From: an uncultured Candidatus Rokubacteria bacterium
GTDB lineage: Bacteria > Methylomirabilota > Methylomirabilia > Rokubacteriales > CSP1-6
Length of the DNA: 64,000 bases
Assembly: GCA_963771355.1 (NCBI GenBank)
Contig: CAVYTA010000005.1
Location: 384,001-448,000, forward strand
Direction of reading: 5' to 3'
Shown one piece after another: positions 28,582 through 37,891 of the stretch. The position numbers were made by a program, and so were the translations under genes. A model generated the notes under the pieces. It was not told the DNA's origin. It saw only the letters and a list, made by a program, of their open reading frames with translations, and made no database searches. How positions within the stretch are numbered: the first letter of the stretch is position 1; each line of letters starts with the position of its first letter.

Positions 28582-30534
28582 ATGAGCCTCGACGACGTCG
28601 TCTGGCGCCCCGATCCCGCCGTCGCCGCCCGCACCCGCATCGCCCGCTTCATGGCCGCGCACAGTATCGACTCGCTGGCCACGCTGCAGCGCCGGTCCAT
28701 CGACGATCCCGAGTGGTACTGGGACGCGGTGCTGCGCGACCTCGGCTTCGTCTGGAGCAAGCCGTACACGAAGGTGCTGGACGACTCACGCGGCATCATG
28801 TGGCCGTCGTGGTTTCCCGGCGGCGCCATGAACCTGACCGTGAACGCGCTGGACCGGCACGTGAAGGCGGGACGGGGTGAGAAGCCCGCGGTGGTCTGGG
28901 AATCCGAGAGCGGGGAGGTCGTCACCCTCAGCTACGCCACGCTGGCGCGCGAGGTGAACCGCCTCGCCAATGCCCTGCGCCGGCTCGGAATCCGCGAGAA
29001 CGACACCGTCGGCATCTTTCTCCCCATGAGCGCCGAGGCGGTGATCGCCACGCTCGCCGTCAACCGGATCGGCGCCATCTACACGCCGTGCTTCTCGGGC
29101 TATGGCGGCGCCGCGGTGGCGGCGCGCCTCCAGGGCTGCGACGCCAAGGTGCTCATCACCGCCGACGGCTTCTATCGGCGCGGGCAGGTGGTGCCGATGA
29201 AGCGCACCGCGGATGAGGCGGTGGCGGCCTCGCCCACGGTGAAGCACGTGATCGTCTTGCGTCGGCTGGGCGGGAAGGCACCCGAGCCCGCGCCGTGGAC
29301 ACCCGGCCGTGACCACTGGTGGCAGGAGCTGGTCCTCGCGGAGTCGCCCGACTGCCCGGCGGCCGCGGTGCCGGCGGACCACCCCGCGCTCATCATCTAT
29401 ACCTCGGGCACCACCGGGAAGCCCAAGGGCACCGTGCTCACCCATGGCGGCTTCTCGCTCAAGAACGCGCACGACTTCGCCTACTGCTTCGACATCGGCG
29501 AGGGCGACCGCGTCTTCTGGGTCACCGACCTCGGGTGGCTCATGGGGCCCATGCTCATCTGCGGCGCGCTGCTGCTGGGCGCCACCGCCGTGCTCTTCGA
29601 GGGCACGCCCGATTACCCGCAGCCGGACCGGCTCTGGGCGCTGGTGGCGAAGCATCGCATCACCCACATGGGCATCTCGCCCACCGCGGTGCGCGCGCTC
29701 ATGCCGCATGGCGATGCCTGGTGGAAGAAGCACGACCGCTCCTCGCTCCGCATCGTGGCCTCCACCGGCGAGCCCTGGAATCCCGAGCCCTATCGCTGGC
29801 TCTTCGAGGCCATCGGCGCGGGCCGCGTGCCCATCATCAACTACACCGGCGGCACCGAGATCTCGGGCGGCATCCTCTCCTGCTTCCCCATCGCGCCCAT
29901 CAAGCCCTGCTCCTTCGCGGGGCCGATTCCCGGCATGGCCGCCGAGGTCTTCGGCGACGACGGCCGGCCCGTGCGCGAGCAGGTGGGCGAGCTCGTGATC
30001 ACGCGCCCGTGGCCCGGCATGACCAAGGGCTTCTGGCAGGATGCCGCGCGCTACGAGGAGACCTACTGGTCGCGCTGGCCGGGCGTGTGGACGCATGGCG
30101 ACTGGGCCTTCGTGGACGAGGACGGCTTCTGGTTCATCCACGGCCGCTCGGACGACACGCTGAAGATCGCCGGCAAGCGGGTGGGGCCCGCCGAGGTGGA
30201 GTCGGTGCTGGTCGGTCATCCGGCGGTCGCGGAGGCGGCCGCCATCGGCGTGCCGCACGAGATCAAGGGCGAGACGGTAGTCTGCTTCGCGGTGCTGCGC
30301 CCGGGGCAGGCGCCCTCGGAGCCGCTGCGCGCCGAGCTGATCGAGAAGGTGGTGCAGGCCATGGGCAAGGCCATCAAGCCCGAGCGGGTGCTCTTCGCCG
30401 CGGAGCTGCCCAAGACCCGCAGCGCCAAGATCATGCGCCGGGTGATCCGCGCGACCTATCTGGGCAAGGAGCCCGGCGACCTCTCCTCGCTGGACAATCC
30501 GGGCGGCCTGAAGGCGATCGCGGAAGCGACCTAG
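28582..30534 (+). CDS. acetate--CoA ligase-like AMP-binding enzyme
   Basis: YTSGTTGKPKG, STGEPWN, GGTE, GRSDD, PKTRSAKIMRR; TAGAAT 7 nt upstream suggests a leaderless start. Confidence 0.9.
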   Translation: MSLDDVVWRPDPAVAARTRIARFMAAHSIDSLATLQRRSIDDPEWYWDAVLRDLGFVWSKPYTKVLDDSRGIMWPSWFPGGAMNLTVNALDRHVKAGRGEKPAVVWESESGEVVTLSYATLAREVNRLANALRRLGIRENDTVGIFLPMSAEAVIATLAVNRIGAIYTPCFSGYGGAAVAARLQGCDAKVLITADGFYRRGQVVPMKRTADEAVAASPTVKHVIVLRRLGGKAPEPAPWTPGRDHWWQELVLAESPDCPAAAVPADHPALIIYTSGTTGKPKGTVLTHGGFSLKNAHDFAYCFDIGEGDRVFWVTDLGWLMGPMLICGALLLGATAVLFEGTPDYPQPDRLWALVAKHRITHMGISPTAVRALMPHGDAWWKKHDRSSLRIVASTGEPWNPEPYRWLFEAIGAGRVPIINYTGGTEISGGILSCFPIAPIKPCSFAGPIPGMAAEVFGDDGRPVREQVGELVITRPWPGMTKGFWQDAARYEETYWSRWPGVWTHGDWAFVDEDGFWFIHGRSDDTLKIAGKRVGPAEVESVLVGHPAVAEAAAIGVPHEIKGETVVCFAVLRPGQAPSEPLRAELIEKVVQAMGKAIKPERVLFAAELPKTRSAKIMRRVIRATYLGKEPGDLSSLDNPGGLKAIAEAT

Positions 30535-31160
30535 CGGAAGATCTTCTTCACCGCGTTCACGCCTTCGTCCACGGCCTTGCCGATCTCCTTGGTGGGCGAG
30601 GCACCGCCGCCGGAAGTGCCCGCGGCCGGGCTGGCGGGGGTGGGGGCCGCGCCCGCCGAGGTCGAAGGGCGCGGGGTCAGCCGCACGCGGATGTCCGCGG
30701 TATTTCCCGCGATCACGTAAATGGTGCGCGCCTCGGTGTTGAAGCGCGGATGGCTGACCCGCAGCCGGTAGGAACCTTCCTTGATGGAGTGCCGCGCGCG
30801 GCCGCTGGCGTCCGGCGTGAGCGTGGTCACCAGCGCGTCCTTGAGCGTGAACACTTCCAGGGTGGCGTCGGCAATCGTCTTTTCCGTGCGCGCGTCCACC
30901 GCGGCCGCGATCACGTCGCCGCGCGTCGGAACCACGGGCGCGGTGACCCAGAAATAGGAGTAGGCGAACCCGCCGATGGACAGGAGGCCCGCCAGGAGGC
31001 CCACGATCGTCTGCATGTGGGGCAGGGAGGGATGCTGGAGCCAGGCGGCGATGCGGTCGGAAACCGTCCCGGGCGCGCCCGCCGGTGTCCGGGCCGGCGG
31101 GGGGACGGGCGACGCGGGCGGCTTCTGGGGCACCTCGGTCTCGGAAATCGGCTGGGCCAT
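30531..31160 (-). CDS. membrane-anchored protein with carboxypeptidase-regulatory-like (transthyretin-like beta-sandwich) domain
   Basis: Pro-rich N-terminus, one TM helix, DARTEKTIADATLEV...EGSYRLRVSHPRF. Confidence 0.65.
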   Translation of the reverse strand: MAQPISETEVPQKPPASPVPPPARTPAGAPGTVSDRIAAWLQHPSLPHMQTIVGLLAGLLSIGGFAYSYFWVTAPVVPTRGDVIAAAVDARTEKTIADATLEVFTLKDALVTTLTPDASGRARHSIKEGSYRLRVSHPRFNTEARTIYVIAGNTADIRVRLTPRPSTSAGAAPTPASPAAGTSGGGASPTKEIGKAVDEGVNAVKKIFR

Positions 31161-31361
31161 TGCTCCCAGAGTAACAGGAGTCGCGGAGAGGGGACAACCG
31201 AATGCCCCCGCGCGGGGCGGGGCGAGGTGCTTGGTTATGAGGCCCGCGCCGGCGGGGGCACGCGGATGCGGACGGAGTGTTATCATCTCCCCGCCCCCGC
31301 TCCCTCGACGAGGGCGGGGCAGCCGGGGAGAGCATCCGCGTTCAACGAGAGGAGAGCCCGC

Positions 31362-32651
31362 ATGAGGCACGCGAAGTGGCCAGCGAAGTTGATAGTCGCG
31401 GTGGTGGGAGTGGTCGCAATGGCGCTGGGGGTCGGCGCGTTCGTTCAGGCGCAGCAGGGACTCAGCGGTGAGTACAAGATCGGGGTCCTCGAGCCCCTGA
31501 CCGGCAACCTCGCCGCCGAGGGAAAGCGGCATCTCGAAGGCATGGAGATCATGCGCGACCTCATCAACGAGCGCTTCGGCGGCGTGATGGGCAAGAAGCT
31601 CACCTTCGTCGTGGGCGATGCCGTCGATCCCACGGTCGCCGCCTCCGAGGCCACCCGCCTGGCCACGCGGGAAGGGGTCAAGATCATCACCGGCACCTTC
31701 TCCTCCACGCTGTGCGGCGCCGCCAGCGAGGCGGCCGCGCGCCAGAACGTCATCTACTGGGAGACCTCCTGCGTGGACCCGCGCCTCACCCGCCGCGGGC
31801 TCAAGAACGTGTACCGCACCGAGATCGACGGCACCGGGTTCGGCTGGTACAACATCGAGTTCATCGCCAAGCACCTGGCCCACCGTCTGGGTAAGAAGCC
31901 GAACGAGCTGCGCATCGCCTACCTCTCCGAGGATTCCTCGTACGGCCAGAGCGTGACGGAGACGGCGCGCCAGCGGGCGAAGCAGGAGTTCGGGATGCAG
32001 GAGACGGGGGTGGAGTACTACACCTTCACCACCAACGATCTGACCTCGGTCATCCTCAAGCTGAAGGGCCAGAACCCTGACATCCTGCACCATATTGCCC
32101 GTAATCAAGACGCGATTCTGTTTTGGCGCCAGGCGCGCGAGCAGAACTTCGAGGTGAAGGCGGTGGTGCACGCCGGCGCCACCGGGTACGGCTCGCCGGA
32201 CTTCGGCAAGGCGTTCGGCAACGACGCCAACGGCCCCTTCGCGCTGATTGAGCCGGGGCCGGGCTTCGTCATCGAGAAGCTGCGGCCGGAAGGGCAGCGT
32301 ATCGAGCGCGCGTACCGCGAGGCGGTGAAGGCCAAGACCGGCGCGGAAATTGCGGGCGGCCATCAGCTCTCGGGCGGCGGCCTATGGATCCTCAAGCTCG
32401 TGCTCGACGCCGCCAAGACCGACGACCTCGACAAGTTCCGCGCCGCCGTCATGGCGCTGGACATGCCCACCGGCACCGGTCTGAACGGCTGGGGCGTGAA
32501 GTTCGACGAGTACGGCCAGAACTCCAACCCGCGCGTGCAACACTACATGCTGCAGTGGCAGAACGGGGCGCTCGTCACCGTGTGGCCCGAGGAGTTCACC
32601 ACCATGCGCGCGAAGTGGATCCCGCTCGGCGCGTGGGACCAGCGGAAGTAG
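31362..32651 (+). CDS. branched-chain amino acid-type ABC substrate-binding protein
   Basis: Signal peptide, KIGVLEPLTG, IITGTFSS; GAGAGGAG RBS. Confidence 0.9.
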   Translation: MRHAKWPAKLIVAVVGVVAMALGVGAFVQAQQGLSGEYKIGVLEPLTGNLAAEGKRHLEGMEIMRDLINERFGGVMGKKLTFVVGDAVDPTVAASEATRLATREGVKIITGTFSSTLCGAASEAAARQNVIYWETSCVDPRLTRRGLKNVYRTEIDGTGFGWYNIEFIAKHLAHRLGKKPNELRIAYLSEDSSYGQSVTETARQRAKQEFGMQETGVEYYTFTTNDLTSVILKLKGQNPDILHHIARNQDAILFWRQAREQNFEVKAVVHAGATGYGSPDFGKAFGNDANGPFALIEPGPGFVIEKLRPEGQRIERAYREAVKAKTGAEIAGGHQLSGGGLWILKLVLDAAKTDDLDKFRAAVMALDMPTGTGLNGWGVKFDEYGQNSNPRVQHYMLQWQNGALVTVWPEEFTTMRAKWIPLGAWDQRK

Positions 32652-32680
32652 CGATCGGCTCCTTCGCCGGCATGGGCGTT

Positions 32681-32707
32681 GACGCCCCGGGCCGCTCCCG
32701 GGGCGTC
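32681..32707 (+). other. 11-bp perfect stem-loop between the SBP and permease genes (mRNA stabiliser or attenuator)
   Basis: GACGCCCCGGG-ccgct-CCCGGGGCGTC. Confidence 0.55.
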
Positions 32708-32738
32708 GCGCGTTCTTCCGGCCGCCCCGCCATCTGAC

Positions 32739-33620
32739 GTGCACGCGATTCCCCAGCTCGCCGTCTCCACCCTCCTGCTGGGCGGGGTCTACGCGCTCAT
32801 TGCCGTGGGTCTGACGCTCATCTTCGGGGTGATGCGCGTGGTGAACTTCGCCCATGGCGAGTTCCTCATGCTGGCGATGTATCTCGCGTTCTGGACCTTC
32901 GCGCTGCTCCAGCTCGACCCCTACGTGACGCTCGTGCTGGGGCTGCCGCTGGTTTTCGCGATCGGCCTGGCGAGCTATCAGATCGTCATGCGGCCGGTGA
33001 TCCACGCCTCCCACAACGTGCAGGTGTTCACCACGGTGGGGCTCTCCATCGCGCTGCAGAACGTCGCCCTGGTTCTCTGGACGGCGGACGCCCAGTTCAT
33101 CCGCACCTCCTACTACGCGGTGGTGGTGCGCCTCGGCAGCGCCGCGTTCAACCTCGCGCAGCTCGTCGCCTTCGTGGTCGCGGTGCTCGCCACCGCGGCG
33201 CTATTCGCTTTTCTCCGCTGGTCCTACACGGGCAAGGTCATGCGGGCGACCGCGCAGGACCGGCAGGCGGCCTCCCTCATGGGGATCGACACCGGCCGCG
33301 TGTACTCGCTGACGTGGGCGGTGGGCGTGACCTGCGTCGGCGTGGCCGGGATGCTCCTCGCGCCGATCTATCCCGTGTACCCCACCGTGGGCCTCCAGTT
33401 CGTCCTCATCGCCTACGTGGCGGTGGTGCTTGGCGGGCTCGGCGACATGGCGGGCGCGCTCATCGCCAGCCTGATCGTGGCCACGGTGGAGATCGTGGGC
33501 TCCTACCTGATCGGCACCGCGTGGAAGGAGGTCCTCTACCTCCTCCTCTTCATCGGGATCCTCGTGGTGCGCCCCGCCGGCCTCTTCGGCCAGCGCGGCG
33601 CCGAGGTGATCGGCACGTGA
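32739..33620 (+). CDS. ABC permease, LivH-like
   Basis: GLTLIFGVMRVVNFAHGEF, VVLGGLG. Confidence 0.9.
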   Translation: MHAIPQLAVSTLLLGGVYALIAVGLTLIFGVMRVVNFAHGEFLMLAMYLAFWTFALLQLDPYVTLVLGLPLVFAIGLASYQIVMRPVIHASHNVQVFTTVGLSIALQNVALVLWTADAQFIRTSYYAVVVRLGSAAFNLAQLVAFVVAVLATAALFAFLRWSYTGKVMRATAQDRQAASLMGIDTGRVYSLTWAVGVTCVGVAGMLLAPIYPVYPTVGLQFVLIAYVAVVLGGLGDMAGALIASLIVATVEIVGSYLIGTAWKEVLYLLLFIGILVVRPAGLFGQRGAEVIGT

Positions 33621-34603
33621 GGGACGCGCTCGGCGGCGTGGGGCCGGCGGTCGCTTTCTTTGGCGTCGCCGCGCTGGTGCCCCTCGTCGTGCGCGACGCG
33701 TTCTTCCTCGACGGGCTGGTCCTCATCCTGCTGTGGGGGGCGGCGGCGTCGGCGTGGAACGTGGCCGGCGGCTATGCCGGTCAGGTGTCGCTCGGACACT
33801 CCGTCTTCTTCGGCCTGGGCGCCTACTCCGCCGCGCTGCTCGGCACCAAGTGGAATCTTTCGCCGTGGATCGCTCTCGTCGTGGGCGCGACCCTGGCCAC
33901 CCTCGTCGGGTTCGTTATTGGATTCCTCAGCAATCGCCTGCGCGGCCCGTACTTCGTCCTCGCGACCATCGCCTTCTCCCAGGTCTTCCTGATCGCCGGC
34001 AGCCGGTGGCGGGGCTTCACCTCCGGTTCCGAGGGCATTCCCGTTCCCTTCCGTCCCGGCTTCTGGACGCTCGGCCTCGCGGACAAGCGCGCGTGGGTCT
34101 ACCTGATCCTCCTCCTCGCCGTGGGCGTCTATCTCGTTCAGCTCTATCTCGAGCGGTCGCGCCGCGGCTATCAGCTCGCCGCCGTGCGCGAGGACGAGGA
34201 CGCCGCCCTGTCCCTGGGGGTGCCGGCGCGCCGGCTCAAGGTCGCCGCCATCGTGGCCAGCGCGGCCCTCACCGCGACCTGCGGGACCCTGTGGGCCCAA
34301 TACGTGGGCTTTGTCGATCCCTTCTACGTGTTCTCGGTGGATCTCTCGATTCGCTTCGCGCTCGCCGCCGTCACCGGCGGTATCGGCACCGCGCTCGGCC
34401 CCTTCCTGGGGGCCGCCCTCATCACCACACTGGAGACCTATCTCCGGGCCCACTTCGGCGGCATCGGCGCCGGGCTGGTGGGGATCTACCTGATCATCTA
34501 CGGCGTGGCCCTGATCCTGATGATGCGCTTCGCGCCGCAGGGGCTACTTCCCTGGCTCGGGCGGTGGCGGCGTCGGCGCCCGGCCGCGAGCGTCGCGTCA
34601 TGA
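33617..34603 (+). CDS. ABC permease, LivM-like
   Basis: GYAGQVSLGH, RLRGPYF, AVREDEDAA. Confidence 0.9.
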   Translation: MRDALGGVGPAVAFFGVAALVPLVVRDAFFLDGLVLILLWGAAASAWNVAGGYAGQVSLGHSVFFGLGAYSAALLGTKWNLSPWIALVVGATLATLVGFVIGFLSNRLRGPYFVLATIAFSQVFLIAGSRWRGFTSGSEGIPVPFRPGFWTLGLADKRAWVYLILLLAVGVYLVQLYLERSRRGYQLAAVREDEDAALSLGVPARRLKVAAIVASAALTATCGTLWAQYVGFVDPFYVFSVDLSIRFALAAVTGGIGTALGPFLGAALITTLETYLRAHFGGIGAGLVGIYLIIYGVALILMMRFAPQGLLPWLGRWRRRRPAASVAS

Positions 34604-35322
34604 GCCGGCTCTCGGTGGCCGGCGTCACCAAGCGGTTCGGCGGCATCACCGCGAATAGAGAAGTCTCGTTCGAGGTGGCGCCGGGGGAGCTGGTGGGGAT
34701 CATCGGACCGAACGGATCGGGCAAATCGACGCTCTTCGAGATCATCAGCGGGTTCTACCACCCCGACGCGGGCGAGGTGCGCCTGGACGGACAACGCCTC
34801 ACCGGGCTCTCGCCGGACCGCGTATGTCGCCTCGGCATCGCGCGTACGTTTCAGAAGCTGCGGCCGTTCGCGGGGATGAGCGTGGTCGACAACGTGATGG
34901 TGGGCGCGCTCACGCGCACCCGCGACGTGCGGCACGCCCGCACGCGGGCCCATGCCCTGCTCGAGCGGGTGGGGCTCGCGGAGAAGGCGCTGGCTCATGC
35001 GGGCACGCTCTCCACCGGCCAGCGCAAGCGCCTGGAGTTGGCGCGGGCCCTCGCCACCGAGCCGCGCGTGCTGCTGCTCGACGAGGTGACCGGCGGGGTG
35101 GATCAGCGGAGCATTCCCGGCCTGGTCCAGCTCGTGCGCGACCTCCATCGGGATGGGCTGACCCTGCTCGTGATCGAGCACAACATGCGCGTCATCACCG
35201 CCGTCGCGCAGCGCATCGTGGCGCTCTTCCTCGGCGAGAAGATCGCCGACGGCGCCCCCGACGTGGTCACACGGGACCGCCGGGTCATCGAGGCCTACCT
35301 CGGCGCGGCCTACACTCGATGA
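34600..35322 (+). CDS. ABC ATP-binding protein, LivG-like
   Basis: GPNGSGKS, LSTGQ, LLLDE, IEH. Confidence 0.92.
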   Translation: MSRLSVAGVTKRFGGITANREVSFEVAPGELVGIIGPNGSGKSTLFEIISGFYHPDAGEVRLDGQRLTGLSPDRVCRLGIARTFQKLRPFAGMSVVDNVMVGALTRTRDVRHARTRAHALLERVGLAEKALAHAGTLSTGQRKRLELARALATEPRVLLLDEVTGGVDQRSIPGLVQLVRDLHRDGLTLLVIEHNMRVITAVAQRIVALFLGEKIADGAPDVVTRDRRVIEAYLGAAYTR

Positions 35323-36047
35323 GCGCGCCGCTGCTCGCCGTGGAGGGCCTCGACGTCGCCTACGGCGACTTCCAGGTGCTGTGGCAGGCCGCGCTGGAGG
35401 TGGGCGAGGGGGAGATCGTGGCCGTGCTCGGGCCCAACGGCGCCGGCAAGTCCACGCTGATGAACACCATCTCCGGGCTCATCGCGCCGCGCGCCGGCCG
35501 CATCACCTTCCGCGGCAAGCGGATCGAGGGCTTGCCCGCGCACCGGACGGTGGGCGAGGGCCTGGCGCACGTGCTGGAGCGCCGGCGCCTCTTCCCATTC
35601 CTCACCGTGCTCGACAACGTGCTCCTCGGCGCCCACAATCCGGCGGCGCGTCCGCACCGCGACGAGAGCCTCGCGCGCGTCGAGCGCCTCTTCCCGATGA
35701 TCCCGGCCCGGCGCGGCCAGCTCGCCCACTCGCTCTCGGGGGGCGAGCAGCAGATGGTGGCGATCGCGCGCGGGCTCATGGCGCGGCCGCGGCTCCTCAT
35801 GATCGACGAGCCGTTCCTGGGGCTGGCCCCGCGTGTCGTCGAGGAGCTGGGCGCTCTCATGCGGCGCATCCGAGACGAGCAGGGGATCGGCATCGTCTTC
35901 ATCGAGCAGAACGTGGAGCTGGCGCTCCGGCTGGCTGACCGCGGCTATGTCCTGGAGTCCGGGCGCACCATCCTTCACGGCGCGTCCGAGGAGCTGCTCC
36001 GGTCCGCCGAGGTCAAACGCATATTTCTGGGTGACGTTTCTCTCTGA
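35319..36047 (+). CDS. ABC ATP-binding protein, LivF-like
   Basis: GPNGAGKS, LSGGEQQM, IDEP, EQN. Confidence 0.92.
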   Translation: MSAPLLAVEGLDVAYGDFQVLWQAALEVGEGEIVAVLGPNGAGKSTLMNTISGLIAPRAGRITFRGKRIEGLPAHRTVGEGLAHVLERRRLFPFLTVLDNVLLGAHNPAARPHRDESLARVERLFPMIPARRGQLAHSLSGGEQQMVAIARGLMARPRLLMIDEPFLGLAPRVVEELGALMRRIRDEQGIGIVFIEQNVELALRLADRGYVLESGRTILHGASEELLRSAEVKRIFLGDVSL

Positions 36048-36073
36048 CGGGAGGAATCCCCAAAACAATACGG

Positions 36074-36102
36074 TTGCGCCCATCGAATACGCGGAGTATG
36101 GT
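36074..36102 (+). promoter_or_regulatory. sigma70-type promoter giving a leaderless transcript
   Basis: TTGCGC (36074-36079)-17 nt-TATGGT (36097-36102), 7 nt before ATG 36110. Confidence 0.55.
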
Positions 36103-36109
36103 GCTTTCC

Positions 36110-36397
36110 ATGAGCCGCCGGTTGCTGCTCAGCTTCGTCCTCGTTGCGAGCCTGCTGTCGCTGCGCTCCCTCGTGCTCGCGTCCGGGTTCGAGCAGACCT
36201 GGATCCCGGGTATGTACGACGCCGGTGACCTGGACGACGCCTTCGCGCTCTCCAACTTCAAGGCGCTCGGAGCTCCCGCGGCGCCCAGCGTGGACGCGTC
36301 CGCCCTCGTCGTCGCGCAGGTCGAGTCCGCCGCACCCGACGCGACGCACAGTCGCGCCGTCCGCACCGCTTCCAGCCGCGCCCCGCCTCTGTCCTAG
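36110..36397 (+). CDS. small signal-bearing protein with acidic WIPGMYDAGDLDD motif and C-terminal RAPP; candidate ribosome-arrest leader peptide
   Basis: MSRRLLLSFVLVASLLSL...SSRAPPLS*; RAPP codons at 36377-36388. Confidence 0.7.
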   Translation: MSRRLLLSFVLVASLLSLRSLVLASGFEQTWIPGMYDAGDLDDAFALSNFKALGAPAAPSVDASALVVAQVESAAPDATHSRAVRTASSRAPPLS

Positions 36398-36489
36398 CTT
36401 TCCCGATGGGCCGGCCGCGGTAGACTCGCGGCCCTCGCCGACCTCGGGTCCGCGAGATTTGCTCACCCGTCAACTCCGGGAGGCACCGC

Positions 36490-36759
36490 ATGCGTCATCT
36501 GGCTTGCTGTCTGGCCTTGCTCGCGAGTCTCGCGCTCGTCGGGAGCCCGGTCGTCGAGGCCGTCGATTCCGCCATGAAGGGGACCGTAAAGGAAGTGCAT
36601 ACCGCCATCGGGATGGTCATCCTCGAGGACGGCACCGAGCTGCGTGTCATGAGCGGCGAGCTCATGGCGAAGATCCGCGAGGGCGACAAGATCGAGGTGA
36701 TCTTCGAGGAAAAGGACGGCCAAAAGGTCGTCAGTGCCGTCGAGGTCACCGGGCAATAG
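36490..36759 (+). CDS. small secreted OB-fold-like protein (DUF1344-like)
   Basis: Signal peptide, GTVKEVH...VILEDG...IREGDKIEVIFEEKDG; GGGAGG RBS. Confidence 0.72.
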   Translation: MRHLACCLALLASLALVGSPVVEAVDSAMKGTVKEVHTAIGMVILEDGTELRVMSGELMAKIREGDKIEVIFEEKDGQKVVSAVEVTGQ

Positions 36760-36900
36760 CCCGGCCCTCGGTGGGCCGCGTCGGTCGGGGCGACGGGTTG
36801 ATCCGGGCCGTCGTTTCGGCCGGCGCGGTTTTCATGATTCGTAACTGATCCGGGTGGCAGGAAGTCGAGTTGGGCGAGTGTGGGCTCGTTCAGCTCGATG

Positions 36901-36948
36901 CGCGTCGGCGGCGCTGTGGACCGGCGCCGCCGGCGCGGTTCTTTTTTT
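36901..36948 (+). terminator. intrinsic terminator
   Basis: 15-bp stem (36901-36915 with 36923-36937) followed by GTTCTTTTTTT. Confidence 0.8.
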
Positions 36949-37027
36949 CGCGCCCCGCCGCTACGCGCCCCGCCGCCTGAGCGTTCCGGTATACTCGGGC
37001 CTAGAGGTTCTCAAGGAGGTTCCGGCA

Positions 37028-37531
37028 ATGGCGACGGCGACGGTGAACGGGCTCAAGGCCAAGTCCGACGCAGCATGGGCCAATATCAACAAGCAGCTCC
37101 AGGGCATGGAGCCGTTCCTCGACAAGTCCGACGCCCCCGGTGAGTGGACCACGCGGCAGGTGATCTGCCACCTCCTCTTCGAGCCCGGCTGGGACCCCGT
37201 CGCCCTCCTCAAGAGCTTCTCGACCTCGAACCTGCCGGTGGTGGAGATCACCAGCGTGTCCGACACCAGCGGCTCCCGTCAGACGGCGTCGCTCAAGCAG
37301 CTCCTGGACAGCCTCGACGCCCAGCGCAAGGCCATCTGGGGATATCTCGAGGGGCTCTCCGACGCCGACCTCAAGCGCAAGGCGCGCATCCCGCTGTTCA
37401 AGGAGCTCATGGGGAACGAGGAAGTGCCCATCCCCGTGTATGTCGGTGCGCTCTTCGACTATCACTGGAACGATCACGCCGGCCAGCTCGCCAAGATCCG
37501 CAAGGCGGCCGGGCTACCCGACGCCAGGTAG
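37028..37531 (+). CDS. DinB superfamily protein
   Basis: GEWTTRQVICHL...HWNDHAGQL; AAGGAGG RBS. Confidence 0.8.
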   Translation: MATATVNGLKAKSDAAWANINKQLQGMEPFLDKSDAPGEWTTRQVICHLLFEPGWDPVALLKSFSTSNLPVVEITSVSDTSGSRQTASLKQLLDSLDAQRKAIWGYLEGLSDADLKRKARIPLFKELMGNEEVPIPVYVGALFDYHWNDHAGQLAKIRKAAGLPDAR

Positions 37532-37543
37532 GGGCTGCGCTCG

Positions 37544-37891
37544 ATGGCCCGGGTGGACTGGAGCTATCATCGGAAGGGCTGAATGACCTGCGGTAAGACG
37601 CAGGGGTTCCTTGCGAAAGCGAAGATCGACACGGCCGAGCAGGTCGACGCCAAGAAGGTGCGGATGGGTCCGGAGCAGGCGCTCGGCCTGCTCAAGGAAG
37701 TCGACGAGCTTTACGTGGCCAAGGGCGCCAAGGTGGTCCACCTCGACCTGAAGAGGGACCGGCCGGAGCGGGCCACGCTGCTGGGTCTCCTCCTCGGCCC
37801 CTCGGGTAATCTCCGCGCCCCCACCCTGCGCAAGGGCCGCACCCTCCTCGTCGGCTTCAACGAGCCGACCTACAAGGCAGTGCTGAGATAG
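37544..37891 (+). CDS. ArsC/Spx-like thioredoxin-fold selenoprotein (UxxC; Sec at TGA 37580-37582)
   Basis: MARVDWSYHRKG-U-MTC-GKT...GNLRAPTLRKGRTLLVGFN; the in-frame TGA sits at the first Cys of the CxxC; hairpin at 37599-37615. Confidence 0.85.
37599..37615 (+). promoter_or_regulatory. candidate bacterial SECIS element
   Basis: CGCAGGG-GTT-CCTTGCG; stem begins 17 nt after UGA, and the apical loop starts with G. Confidence 0.55.

Noticed and set aside
29319..32651. 1110-aa ORF as a giant fusion protein
   Set aside because: It is an off-frame shadow of the acyl-CoA ligase running into the real SBP gene, which has its own RBS and signal peptide at 31362.
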